Source of the DNA: Candidatus Latescibacterota bacterium
Lineage (GTDB): Bacteria > Latescibacterota > UBA2968 > UBA8231
Direction: 5' to 3'
DNA length: 64,000 bases
Assembly (NCBI GenBank): GCA_965197905.1
Contig: CBDAOB010000004.1
Coordinates: 928,001-992,000 of the forward strand
The notes under the pieces were generated by a model that saw only the letters and a list, made by a program, of their open reading frames with translations, was not told the origin of the DNA and searched no databases. Below are positions 53,625 through 63,906 of the stretch, in pieces; position 1 is the stretch's first letter, and every line of letters begins with the position of its first letter. A program made the position numbers and the translations under genes.

Positions 53625-54386
53625 TTATTGGGCCACGTAACCACCGTCGATGACCATGGTGTGTCCAGTGACAAACGATGCCGCATCTGAGCACAGCCAT
53701 ACCACTGACTCAGCGATCTCCGTGGACTTTCCGATACGACCGATTGGGTGAGATGAATTCAGATGTGCTTCGACTTGGGAACCGCTAGCTATTGCAGACT
53801 CCGTCAGCGGCGTGTCGATGAAACCTGGACAGACGGCGTTGATGTTGATTCCCTCTTTCGAATATGACAGTGCAGCCGATTTGGTTAACCCAACCACGCC
53901 ATGCTTGCTGGCAGTATACCCCGCGTTTGCCGTGCCAACCAAACCCATCACCGACGCCACATTGACGATGGCACCACCGTCTTGCTGTAACATTTGACGA
54001 ATTTCATACTTCATGCACAGCCAAACGCCCGTCAAGTTGACACTGATCACCTCGTGCCACGCATCCTCCGAGTAATCCGCCGCGGGCGTCCCGAACGCCC
54101 CCGCGATGCCCGCATTGTTGACCGCACAGTCCAGCCTGCCATAGGACTCGACTGCCCTACTCACCATCGCCTGCACCTCCGCTGCCTGAGATACATCAGC
54201 TTTGATAGAGATAGCCTCGCCTCCGGCTTGTTTGATCATCTCTACTGTTTCTTCGCCATCTTCAACGTTCACATCGGCAACGACGACCTTTGCTCCTTCC
54301 CTGAGAAAGGCAAGTGCCGACGCCCTGCCGATTCCCGAACCGCCTCCAGTCACCAGCGCGGCTTTATTTTTTAACTGTCCTGTCAT
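53625..54386 (-). CDS. SDR oxidoreductase, close paralog of 23993..24757
   Basis: TGGGSGIG, NNAG, WLCMKYEI, YTASKHG, IDGGYVAQ. Confidence 0.92.
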   Translation of the reverse strand: MTGQLKNKAALVTGGGSGIGRASALAFLREGAKVVVADVNVEDGEETVEMIKQAGGEAISIKADVSQAAEVQAMVSRAVESYGRLDCAVNNAGIAGAFGTPAADYSEDAWHEVISVNLTGVWLCMKYEIRQMLQQDGGAIVNVASVMGLVGTANAGYTASKHGVVGLTKSAALSYSKEGININAVCPGFIDTPLTESAIASGSQVEAHLNSSHPIGRIGKSTEIAESVVWLCSDAASFVTGHTMVIDGGYVAQ

Positions 54387-54406
54387 TTCTTACCTCCTCG
54401 GCCGCG

Positions 54407-54730
54407 TTACTCTTCCAGGTCAATCTCCAGCGAGAGGATGAGAAAGCTCCACGATTTGCCGTGCGCATCTAGATTGAGCGAACTGTTGACTCCTCCCTCT
54501 AAAGCTTCGGTCATGACGAAGTTCAGCGCATGCAAGTGGTCGATTGCAAAGCGACGAATTTCGCCCTTGAGCAATCGGCCGAACTTCGCTTTCAACACTT
54601 CAGGTGTGACCTGAGCCTTGACCGCCTCGTAATAGCGAGGGTCGAAGACGAACAAGCCCACATTGGAGATATCGCCTTTATCACCAGCGCGGGCATGGGC
54701 AATTTCCCGCAGTTGAACCTGGCGCTTCAT
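54407..54730 (-). CDS. AtuA-like ferredoxin-fold small protein
   Basis: IAHARAGDKGD, ALNFV...ALEGG...SLNLDAHGK. Confidence 0.88.
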   Translation of the reverse strand: MKRQVQLREIAHARAGDKGDISNVGLFVFDPRYYEAVKAQVTPEVLKAKFGRLLKGEIRRFAIDHLHALNFVMTEALEGGVNSSLNLDAHGKSWSFLILSLEIDLEE

Positions 54731-56066
54731 GCTTCCAATACCTCCACGCGAGGTTTGATCGATTCTCTGGGGACAAAAGCTGAGTAGGTGACGACGCAGG
54801 GGTCGATTGTTCCCCGGTAGCCGCCGCCTCCGGCCGAACCGCACGTGAGCAATGAGCAAACCTCCCACAACAGCAGTTCAGTCCGGTCCCGGTCCGGTGT
54901 TCGCAACGTCGCTCGAAGCCGGACATCCTCGGCGGTGCTGGAACGGTCCACCGCCGAACTGTGCAATGCGTTGACTCCAATCAGGTCGATACGCAAATCT
55001 CGGTCGAACTGGTGCACATGTCTCATTCGTTCGGCCACGATCTCACCTGCCAACCTGGCTCGCTCCTGAGCTCCAGGACCGGCATAACTGATCTCGGCTT
55101 CGGCCGCGTAGCCCCCATCAAATGCCACCGTGACTTTCAGCTGATCGGGGCGCGGGTGTCCCCCGGTGCCGCGCACTTCGATTCGATCCGGACCTATCTC
55201 TTGCAACTGCGTGGTGGAGAAATCGGCTACCACATCCGGCGAGATGTAGGCCGCGGGGTCGTGAACCTCGTAGAGTAACTGCTCCTTTGCCGTCTGCAGC
55301 GTCACGCAGCCGCCGGCCTCGGGCACCTTGGTGATTACGGCACTCCCGTCCGGCGAAACCTCCGCCAGCGGAAAACCAACATAGGCCAGGTCTGTTACGC
55401 GTTTCACGCCCGGATCGGCAAAATAGCCTCCAGTGACCTGGGCAGCGCACTCCAGCAGGTGTCCTACCACGGTAGCGCTCCCCAGGCGTGGCCAGTCGTC
55501 CAGACGCCAACCAAAGGTGTGGACCATTGGCGCCACGAAGAGGGAGGGATCGGCGACGCGTCCGGTGATGATTACGGGCACATCCAGATCGAGGCTCGGC
55601 AGTATGGCGTCCACGCCGAGATAGGCATTGGCAGCGATCATGGGAAGGCCCACATCCCCTACAGTGCATCCCAGTTCGGGTAACTCGGTCTCAGAGCTGA
55701 TTAGATGGGAAACGTCGTCTCCTTCAACATAGGCCACGCGAAAAGGAGTCAGACGGAGTTTTTTGGCTATTTCCAGGGTGCGTCGGGCTGCCGCGGGCGA
55801 GTTGGCAACCCCCATATTGGTGATTACGCGCGTGCCGTTTTCGGCGCACAGCGGCAGGACGGCTTCAAAACGCCGTTCCAACCAGGGTGTGTAGCCCTTA
55901 TCCGGATTGCTCTTTCGTTCCTGATGCCCAGTGCCAGAGTGCGTTCGGCAATGCACTCGAAAATGATATAGTCCAGGGCACCTTTTTCTACGAGTTGACG
56001 GGCCGCGTCTACGCGGTCCGCCGAAAATCCGGCGCCGCCACCCAATCGCAACGTCTCGCTTTTCAT
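54727..56066 (-). CDS. atuA: Acyclic terpene utilisation AtuA (DUF1446) family, frameshift near 55928
   Basis: GGGAGFSADR, FECIAERT, ITGRVADPSL, GHLLEC.AQVTGG, EQLLYEVHDP..Y.SPDV. Confidence 0.85.
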
Positions 56067-56393
56067 TGGGCCTGCTTCCCGCGTTGCTTTGCGCCAATGC
56101 CCGGCGACTCTGATCGCCCTTGTGGATGACCGATTCTCATCTGCCAGCAACGATCGTTATTATTAGGTCCCCGTCAACACGATGGCCCTCTTGAGACGGA
56201 GCTTGGTACCGTTGTTCACGATTGACATGCAACCAGTAATAGGTGAGCGTCAACACCTGGCGAACCATTCGTTAGACGAGCAATGTTGGATGGTCGCAGC
56301 CGAGAGACGGGTAGACGGCGGATTCCAGATTAGCTGGAGGATGCCCGGCCGCACACTCGCACCGTAGACTGTTTCGGGAAAGGGGTGAATTCC

Positions 56394-57248
56394 ATGCCAG
56401 GTCAGACTCTCACCATCGACGTGCAAGTCCACGCTTACGAACGGGATCGCCCCGAGCGTCCCTGGAGCGGATCCCTCGCTGGTCCGGAGGAAGTCACCGG
56501 CGACGACATGGTCGCGGTAATGGACGCGGTCGGCGTCGATGGGGCCATTCTGGTGTCGCCGTTCAGCATGTACAGGTACGACGCCAGCTACGCACTCGAG
56601 TTCTACGCGAAACACCCGGGCCGTTTTGGCTTGGTCAAACCCTTCGATCCCGACGCGGAAACGGTCGTCGACGAGGTCGCAGAATGGGCTGAGAGGTCCG
56701 GTGTCGTCGGAGCCCGCCTCATGCTGACAGCTGGATCGTTCGAAGCGGACGATCCCGGTGTTCATCGAATTCTCACTGCCTGTGCGACCGCCGGTATTCC
56801 GTTGAACGTCCTCGGTGCGGGGAAGCTGCCGCTGCTCTTGGAGCTGGCTCGCCGCCATCCCGACACGCGGATCGTGGTCGATCATCTGGGTCTCCACCAG
56901 CCATTCGACCCGCCGGTACCTCCCGACCCGTTTTCCGATCTGGCCAACGTGTTGGCGCTCGCCGAATGCGACAACGTGGCCATCAAGGTCTCCGGCGCCT
57001 GCACTCTGTCGCACGACCCCTTCCCCTACGCCGACATCTGGGATCCCCTGCAGAGGATATTCGAGGCGTTCGGGTTCGACCGCTGCATGTGGGGCACGGA
57101 CTGGACCCGGGCGGTGAACCTGTTGACCTATGAGCAGGGCGTCGAGGCGTTTCGGGTGACCGGGCACCTGTCTGAGTCGGAGCGGTCCGCCCTCATGGGC
57201 GAAAGCCTGGCGAGGATCTACAACTGGTCCCCCGAGACAGGAGGATAG
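56394..57248 (+). CDS. Amidohydrolase-2 family (lactonase-like)
   Basis: DVQVH, VVDHLG, NVAIKVSG, RCMWGTDW. Confidence 0.88.
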   Translation: MPGQTLTIDVQVHAYERDRPERPWSGSLAGPEEVTGDDMVAVMDAVGVDGAILVSPFSMYRYDASYALEFYAKHPGRFGLVKPFDPDAETVVDEVAEWAERSGVVGARLMLTAGSFEADDPGVHRILTACATAGIPLNVLGAGKLPLLLELARRHPDTRIVVDHLGLHQPFDPPVPPDPFSDLANVLALAECDNVAIKVSGACTLSHDPFPYADIWDPLQRIFEAFGFDRCMWGTDWTRAVNLLTYEQGVEAFRVTGHLSESERSALMGESLARIYNWSPETGG

Positions 57249-57264
57249 ACTGACCGAAAGTACT

Positions 57265-57783
57265 ATGGCTGAAACAGGAAACGCACGACTACCGGGCGCA
57301 CCATTTGGCATTGATATATCGCGCTACCGGCGGCACCGCGTACCGCTACAGCAAGGATGGCCAGTGGACGGGACCGGAGATCGGCCGGATCGAATTCAAC
57401 GGCTCGACGGCCAACAACCTGGTGTGCGATCAATGCGTCGGCCCCGTCATGCGCGCCTTACAGGTGCGGCATCGAAGCGGACAACGAAGGTCGTTTCACC
57501 CTGCCGACTCAAAAACGTCGACGCACGAATTGCGCCTTAATTACCGATGCGACAACGGCGGCTGGATAAAGGTGGAGTTGCGCAACAAGGTGCCATCCCG
57601 CAAGTATCCCGACGGCGAAGGAACTCCCGGATTGACGTTCGAGGATTGCGACTGGATCTACGGCGACGAGGGTGACAGGCTGGTGACCTGGAATGGCAAG
57701 AGCGATATTTCAGCGGTCGGAGAGACGGTGGTGATCCGCATCCGAATGTTTCGCGCCAAGGGTTTTTGCCTACAAGATTTAGA
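57265..57783 (+). pseudogene. Multiply deleted GH-like beta-propeller gene
   Basis: Only SKDGQW..PEIG...ANNL, GIEADNEGRFT and ELRLNY...GGWIKVEL...VTWNG...IRIRMFRAK remain; resembles 24917..26422. Confidence 0.7.
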
Positions 57784-57813
57784 CTTTCGCCACCTACGCG
57801 AGGAGAGCCTGCC

Positions 57814-58615
57814 ATGAATCCGACCCCACAGGAATTGAAACGGGGCAAGCTGACAAAAAAGAAACTCGCGCAGGCGGTGGCAAGGATCGACGAAGAGGGC
57901 TACGTCGTGCTGGAGAAGGCGGTGCCAACGACGCTCTTGAAGGAGATTCGCGATGCCATGGATTCCGTACACAGGCAACATTTCAAGGCGCATCCCGGCG
58001 CCACGAAGAACGCAAATTCGTTGGGCAAGAGTCGGGGGATCTTCAACGTCCGGCCCCCGAAAGAGATGCCGTTCATGGAACCGCTGGTGGTGGCGAATCC
58101 GTTCGTCGTGCAGATCTTGGGGCAGGTGCTTGGACCTGATATGTTCTGCGCTTCGTACAATACCAACAACTCGTGGCCCGGTTCGAGGGTGCAGCACGTG
58201 CATCGCGACCAGGATCCTCTGTTCGAGAATCTACCCCATCCGCTGCCTCCGTCGGCGGTGACGGCCAGTATTCCCCTGGTCCCCTTCACCGAGCAGACAG
58301 GCGCCACCGAGATCTGGCCGGGAACGCACCTCTACACGGGACCGTATCCTGGGGCCGTACCGAGCTTTGATCCGGTAGCGGGGGACAGAACCTCTTGCAG
58401 AATGCTGGCTTCGTGGGGGAGCATCGTACTGCGGGATGGGCGGATGTGGCATCGCGGCATGCCCAACAAGACCAAGAAAGTGCGCACCATGCTGTCGCTG
58501 GTGTACCGCCGCCCTTTCCACACCCGCGACCAATCTATGGGTATTCGCCACGAGGTCTGGAATCACATCCCCGAAAGGCCGGCAGCTCTTTCGGTTCAGC
58601 CCGGTAAACGACTAG
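57814..58615 (+). CDS. PhyH family dioxygenase (1-nt frameshift near 58575)
   Basis: DEEGYVVL, QHVHRD, GATEIWPGTH, MWHRG.PN. Confidence 0.85.
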
Positions 58616-58709
58616 CAGGCTCGTGTAGGACCCCATTCCACACTGACAGCATGAACATTTGTAGGTCTTGACGCGTCGAACGGGGTTCAGAAGTAGGTCA
58701 GGAAAGAAG

Positions 58710-59546
58710 ATGTTCATCGTTGACGCGCATCCGCACATCTATTCACCAGACAGGGTGAAGTACCCGACGATTCCCGAGCCGTGGGAGCCCGGAGAGCCGG
58801 CCGCGGTCCAGGACCTGAAACGCCGGATGGACGACGCCGGCGTTGCGCGGGCCGTGTTTATCCAGACCGGCACCTTCTACGGCCACGACAACCGCTACGT
58901 CATGGACTCGGCACACGCCCATAGAGAATGGGCCACTGGTGTCGTCACCCTGCGTCCCGATGACCCTTCACACCTGGACGTTTTGGAAGACGCCGTTGCC
59001 AACTACGGCGTTCGCGGCCTGCGCGGAAGCGCAGATGCGATCGGCCGCATTTCCTCTCCGGGTGTCTATCGGCTGTGGACCAAGGCGCGCGATCTGGGAA
59101 TTGTCGTCAACTGCATGGTCCTGGACGATCTCGACCGTGTGCCTGAGATCGAGAAGATTGCTGCGGATCTGGACGACCTGCGCATCGTCATCGACCACTG
59201 CTTCATGCTGAACACGCGGCACAACACCGAGCCGACCCTCGCCGCGTTGAAACGCCTGTCCGGCCGGCCGAACATCTACGCCAAGCTGACGCCCGGCACT
59301 CACGGCTCGTATCGCGTCTATCCACATCCGGACATGCACGAGCCGTTGAAGCGCGTCATCGAACACTTCGGTCCTGATAGATGCGTGTGGGGCTCCAATT
59401 TTCCCAACGCCCTGTGGTCCAAAGGCACCAGTTACAAACAGAACCTGACCTTGTTCACCGAGGAGCTGGGCCTCTCGAAGGAAGAGCAGAACGCCATCCT
59501 TAGCGCCACCGCGTTGCGACTGTGGTTTCCGGAAGAGTCAGCGTAG
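58710..59546 (+). CDS. Amidohydrolase-2 family (L-fuconolactonase-like)
   Basis: VDAHPH, YGHDNRY, VIDH, NIYAK, RCVWGSNFP. Confidence 0.88.
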   Translation: MFIVDAHPHIYSPDRVKYPTIPEPWEPGEPAAVQDLKRRMDDAGVARAVFIQTGTFYGHDNRYVMDSAHAHREWATGVVTLRPDDPSHLDVLEDAVANYGVRGLRGSADAIGRISSPGVYRLWTKARDLGIVVNCMVLDDLDRVPEIEKIAADLDDLRIVIDHCFMLNTRHNTEPTLAALKRLSGRPNIYAKLTPGTHGSYRVYPHPDMHEPLKRVIEHFGPDRCVWGSNFPNALWSKGTSYKQNLTLFTEELGLSKEEQNAILSATALRLWFPEESA

Positions 59547-59708
59547 CCACACGGCAATCGAGATCCTCGCCTCGGGGCCGGCTCCACACCAAGGCCGGCT
59601 TCGCGCGGCAGCAGATGGATCTGGACGTTTAGCATGGATGGACCTCACCTGACGCTCGTGGATGCAACCAGCCCCGTTTAATTGTCGCGAAAGGAGAGCT
59701 CAATTAGA

Positions 59709-60482
59709 ATGAAGCTTGACACACAACCGCAGCCCCAAGAAGTGTGGTCTCGCAACCGGATTCCCATCAGGATCAGGTCAGCAGCCCTGACCATGATAGA
59801 TAATCAGAATATGTTTTGTACGCCTGAAGGCGCTATGATACGATCGCATCTGAAAATAGGAAGTAGCGAACGCAGAGAGGCGATTTTGGCGTATCTAGAT
59901 CGGGTTGCCCGGATACAGTTACCTAACACCCAGCGGTTGCTTGCCTTCTACCGCAAACACAGCTTGCCTATCATTCACGTGATGACCGGCTGTTGGGGGC
60001 CCGACTATCGCGAATTTCCTCCCAATTTCAGAGCCTGCATCCTGGACATCGAACACCGAGCCGGCATGAGTCTCAACTACTATTTTGGCACCTGGGATAC
60101 GCAAATCGTCGATGAGCTTACCCCGCGGGTGGGTGAGGCGATCGTCCGCAAGCGAGGATCGTCGGCCTTTGCCACTTCGGATATTGACTGGGTGTTGCAC
60201 AGCTGGGGGATAAAAGCTATGGTGATGACCGGCAATGGTACCGGGGGGTGCGTTTGGGCAACGGCTTTCGAGGCTTCGGAACGGGGATACGGTATTGTTG
60301 CCCTAGCGGATGTCGTTGATTCCCCCGCACCACTCGACAAGCAAAAGCCTGCCTGGGAGCGCCTTCATAGCATAGGTCAGGTTTGTACCACCGAGGAGCT
60401 CATTGCTGACTTCACCCGCCAGCTTGATGAGAACCAGCCCGGACCGACACCGTCGATGCAGGAACGAGAACATGAATCTTGA
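59709..60482 (+). CDS. Isochorismatase/cysteine hydrolase family
   Basis: D-K-C triad: MIDNQN, VRKRGSSAF, TGGCV. Confidence 0.85.
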   Translation: MKLDTQPQPQEVWSRNRIPIRIRSAALTMIDNQNMFCTPEGAMIRSHLKIGSSERREAILAYLDRVARIQLPNTQRLLAFYRKHSLPIIHVMTGCWGPDYREFPPNFRACILDIEHRAGMSLNYYFGTWDTQIVDELTPRVGEAIVRKRGSSAFATSDIDWVLHSWGIKAMVMTGNGTGGCVWATAFEASERGYGIVALADVVDSPAPLDKQKPAWERLHSIGQVCTTEELIADFTRQLDENQPGPTPSMQEREHES

Positions 60483-61602
60483 CTGGATTCGTGCATACAT
60501 GGGGGATGAGGGATTGGATGCTGTCATCCCAGTAAATCTGCAGACGGCCGCCTATGCCAGCGGTGCCCATAATCCATTATCGATGCATTGGCAGGATCAG
60601 GAATTACCCAGCTTTACCGTGTTCCCCCGGGTCGGGGATCCGTTTGCCGTAATGGGTAATGCTAAATGGTTAGAGGGCTCACGCCGTCCGTGGTGGATCA
60701 ATGAAGTCTATCAAGGAGGTTGGCGAACCTCTGAAGCGGTGGAAAGGCTGGCCGTGATTCTTAGAGAACGCGGGTTGGACCAGGCTACTCTGGGACTTGA
60801 TTTGGAATCAGCGCCGGTGTCGCTGGTGAACGAGCTGCACCGGCATTTACCTGCCATTCAAGTGCGCGACGCCAGTCTGTTGTTTCATCAATTGCGCGCG
60901 GTAAAGACAGAAAAGGAAGTTGGGTTTCACCAGAAGGCCCTGGCAGCCCTGGAAACTGCCGTTGAGGAAATGCGGAGCAATTTGAAGGCCGGTCGACTGG
61001 TCAGTGACTTGATGCGAAGGTTCCGCGAATTGGTGACCGTCGAAGGGGGTGCCGAGTTTGACGGGGCGGATCTCAATCCGGTCCTGCCGGATGGGAGCAA
61101 AGGAGAAGCTATTCATGCTCATACCTTGTCTACCGAGTGGTTCGATCCGCCGACCGTTTCCGAGCAAACCATTGAACCCGGTCGCGTCCTGACCATGGAC
61201 CTTATTTCTTCGTATCAGGGATACCACGCTGATGTGAGGGCAAACCTCTGTCTCGGCGAGCCAGAGAATGGCATGGCCCAATGTTGTGATCTGGATGCGG
61301 CGGTGTACCACATCCTGTGTTCTAACGTTAGACCCGGGGTATCTACCAGTGAGTGCCACGCCCTTTGTCGGGAGGAGATAGAGAAGGCAGGTTACACGAG
61401 GTATTGGTCCATTCACGGGATTGGTCTAACTGTTCATGAAGAACCGATGCTTGGCAACCGCCAGACACCGCGTCCGGAGATGCAATTTGAAGTTGGTAAC
61501 GTGTTGTCCATTGAATCTCAGTTTCATGAAAGTATGTATGTCCTCCGTGAGGACGGCCTACAACGACTAGGCTCATTACCCCCTGGCGTTATGAGTGCCT
61601 GA
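60472..61602 (+). CDS. M24 Xaa-Pro peptidase family
   Basis: RAVKTEKE, MDL...GYHADV, HGIGLTVHEEP, SIE. Confidence 0.88.
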   Translation: MNLDWIRAYMGDEGLDAVIPVNLQTAAYASGAHNPLSMHWQDQELPSFTVFPRVGDPFAVMGNAKWLEGSRRPWWINEVYQGGWRTSEAVERLAVILRERGLDQATLGLDLESAPVSLVNELHRHLPAIQVRDASLLFHQLRAVKTEKEVGFHQKALAALETAVEEMRSNLKAGRLVSDLMRRFRELVTVEGGAEFDGADLNPVLPDGSKGEAIHAHTLSTEWFDPPTVSEQTIEPGRVLTMDLISSYQGYHADVRANLCLGEPENGMAQCCDLDAAVYHILCSNVRPGVSTSECHALCREEIEKAGYTRYWSIHGIGLTVHEEPMLGNRQTPRPEMQFEVGNVLSIESQFHESMYVLREDGLQRLGSLPPGVMSA

Positions 61603-61615
61603 GATGGAGGTGCTG

Positions 61616-62467
61616 ATGTACCTGACCGAACAACAGAAAAGGTTCTTCGAAACTTTCGGCTATTTGAGTTTCCCCGGTCTGTTTGCTTCCGAAGCCGAGG
61701 CCATCACTCAAGCTTTCGAGGAGGTGTGGGCGGAGTACGGCGGGGGCCACTATCAACGTCCCCACGACCATCAACAGCGCTCATCGCTGCTGCCTTTCAT
61801 CGACCAGCACCCCTACCTGTGCGCCCTGCTCGACGACGAGCGCATCGAAGGCGTCGCCGCCGATCTGTTGGGCGAAGACTTCAACTATATGTCCAGCGAC
61901 GGGAATTTCTACGTCGGCAATACTAACTGGCATTCCGACGGCTACGACCGCTCCCCAGGCTACCGCTCCATCAAGATAGCGTTCTACCTCGACCCCGTGG
62001 GGCGCCACAGTGGCTGCCTCCGCGTCATTCCGGGCAGTCACAATATGGGCGACGCTTTCGCCGATGCGGTCCACGAGGTGATGCCCACCGGGAGAGTGGA
62101 CTGCACTGAGGAAATCTGGGACGTCGGCGGCAACGACGTACCGGCTCAGGCGCTGGAGACCGAGCCCGGCGACATGGTGGTTTTCAACCACCGGCTGAAG
62201 CACGCCTCCTACGGCGGCAGCACGAGCCGGCGCATGTTCACGATCAATCTGCAACAGCGTTTCAGCGGAGAAGACGAGGAAATGCTGCGCGCCAGCGTCG
62301 GCGCCCTGGCTCGCCATTGGGCCGACAGCGCTTACGGTCCCAAGATGCTGGAGACTGCCGGCCCGGGCCGCATGCGCCACCTGGAACAGCGCCTGGCCCA
62401 CGACGACCACCTGCCCGCGCTGGTCGCCGAGGCGCGGCGGGACACGAGCGAACCCAGCCGTCACTAA
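61616..62467 (+). CDS. PhyH family dioxygenase
   Basis: FFETFGYL, WHSD, GCLRVIPGSH, PGDMVVF, LKHA. Confidence 0.9.
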   Translation: MYLTEQQKRFFETFGYLSFPGLFASEAEAITQAFEEVWAEYGGGHYQRPHDHQQRSSLLPFIDQHPYLCALLDDERIEGVAADLLGEDFNYMSSDGNFYVGNTNWHSDGYDRSPGYRSIKIAFYLDPVGRHSGCLRVIPGSHNMGDAFADAVHEVMPTGRVDCTEEIWDVGGNDVPAQALETEPGDMVVFNHRLKHASYGGSTSRRMFTINLQQRFSGEDEEMLRASVGALARHWADSAYGPKMLETAGPGRMRHLEQRLAHDDHLPALVAEARRDTSEPSRH

Positions 62468-62583
62468 GCTGTTCGATCACAGCCAGATACCCAACCGCAG
62501 CGCTTGATCGGTCCGCGGGTCCGCGGGTGAAGCATACTTGTGCCGCGTGACCGCAGCGTCTAGAGCCCCTTCAGGAACCGAAA

Positions 62584-62686
62584 TCGACGCCCTTTCCCCG
62601 TCGCGCACCGCCAAACGACCCAACCTGTTCACAAAACCGCTGGCTTGTTGCTACTACCGATAATACCGTTTATTCGCCCTATCCTT
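62584..62686 (+). mobile_element. oriIS stub, subfamily B
   Basis: Shares CCGCCAAACGACCCAAC and CGATAATACC..TATTCGCCCTA(T/C)CCTT with 3157-3270. Confidence 0.7.
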
Positions 62687-62793
62687 CCTATCCTCTGCAT
62701 CATCACCGTTGATGTAGATGATCCCTGGCGACAACATCGAGTGGCGCTGCTGGGCATACTGCTGCGTCATTAAAACGCAGGAGGTTTCAACAT

Positions 62794-63906
62794 ATGAGAA
62801 ATGCAAGATGGACGAATCATGTAATCTGCAGCCTCATCGTCGCGGGTACGGCGCTTCCCGCAACCGGACTGAAAGAACCGCAGCTCGTTCTACAGGGAAA
62901 AGCTGCGAGGCTGACGGTCGAAGCGAACGGAGGTGCGTTCACGGAGTTCCGGTTATCGGGAAGCGAAGTCAATCCCCTCGCCGTCGATTGGTCGGAGGTT
63001 GCCACGACCCTCTTCGGGTTCGAGCTCACCTACCCCTGGCGCGGACACTTTCTGTGCCTCGATCGCTTCGGTTTTCCATCGCAGCGAGAACTGGAAAACG
63101 GGATGCCGTTTCACGGCGAAGCGTCGCAGGTGAAGTGGGAGGTGGTGTCGGAGCCGTCGGCAGCAGAAGGGGCGATCAGCGCGCGGATGCGTTGCGCGCT
63201 GCCGATGGCAGGCCTGAAGGTGCACCGGACGATGCGTCTGAGTGAAGAGACTGCCGTGTTGAGCGTCGAGGAGTCGATCGAGAACACGAATTCGCTAGGG
63301 AGGATCTACAACTTCGTCCAGCACGCGAATATTCAGAGACCTTTCCTCGACGAGACGGTGCTGCTGGACTGCAATGCCACGTCGGGATTCTTGTATCAGG
63401 AACCTCTTCCGGAAGATCTTGACATTTTTCAGTGGCCTGCGTTTGCCCACAACGGCAAGACCATCGACCTGCGACAGCAGACGGCCAACGCCGACACCTT
63501 CGGCGTCTTCCTGGCGATGGACGACGAAGCCGACTACGGCTGGGTGACGGCCTCCAATCCGGGACAGGGAGTGATGCTCGGGTATTTGTGGAAGACGGAG
63601 GAGTTCCCGTGGCTGCTCGTATTCCGGATGCCGAAGAATGGCAATCCTGAGTGGCTGACCTTCGAGCCCACAACCGGTTACCTTGGGCCCAACAAGCATC
63701 TCGTGGCCAGGGGACCGGTACTCGATCGACCGCTCCTCTCCTTCATCGACGCGGGCGAAACGATCAGTACGTCGTACACGGCATTCCTGGCAGAAATACC
63801 TGCGGACTACAAAGGCGTTGAAGCGGTGAGCTTTGCGGATGGGGAAATCGCGATCAGGGAGCGCCAATCAGATGCGACGAGGGACATCCGGCTTTCCGCA
63901 CCATGA
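62794..63906 (+). CDS. Secreted galactose-mutarotase/aldose-epimerase-like protein
   Basis: Signal peptide, GHFLCLDRFG, PFHGEA, NFVQH, FEPTTG; RBS AGGAGG. Confidence 0.7.
   Translation: MRNARWTNHVICSLIVAGTALPATGLKEPQLVLQGKAARLTVEANGGAFTEFRLSGSEVNPLAVDWSEVATTLFGFELTYPWRGHFLCLDRFGFPSQRELENGMPFHGEASQVKWEVVSEPSAAEGAISARMRCALPMAGLKVHRTMRLSEETAVLSVEESIENTNSLGRIYNFVQHANIQRPFLDETVLLDCNATSGFLYQEPLPEDLDIFQWPAFAHNGKTIDLRQQTANADTFGVFLAMDDEADYGWVTASNPGQGVMLGYLWKTEEFPWLLVFRMPKNGNPEWLTFEPTTGYLGPNKHLVARGPVLDRPLLSFIDAGETISTSYTAFLAEIPADYKGVEAVSFADGEIAIRERQSDATRDIRLSAP

Noticed and set aside
3157..62686. Repeats as a CRISPR array or integron attC sites
   Set aside because: Spacing is kilobases and irregular, both orientations occur, no cas or intI gene is present, no RYYYAAC...GTTRRRY attC structure is seen, and the repeats are physically linked to IS91 transposase fragments.
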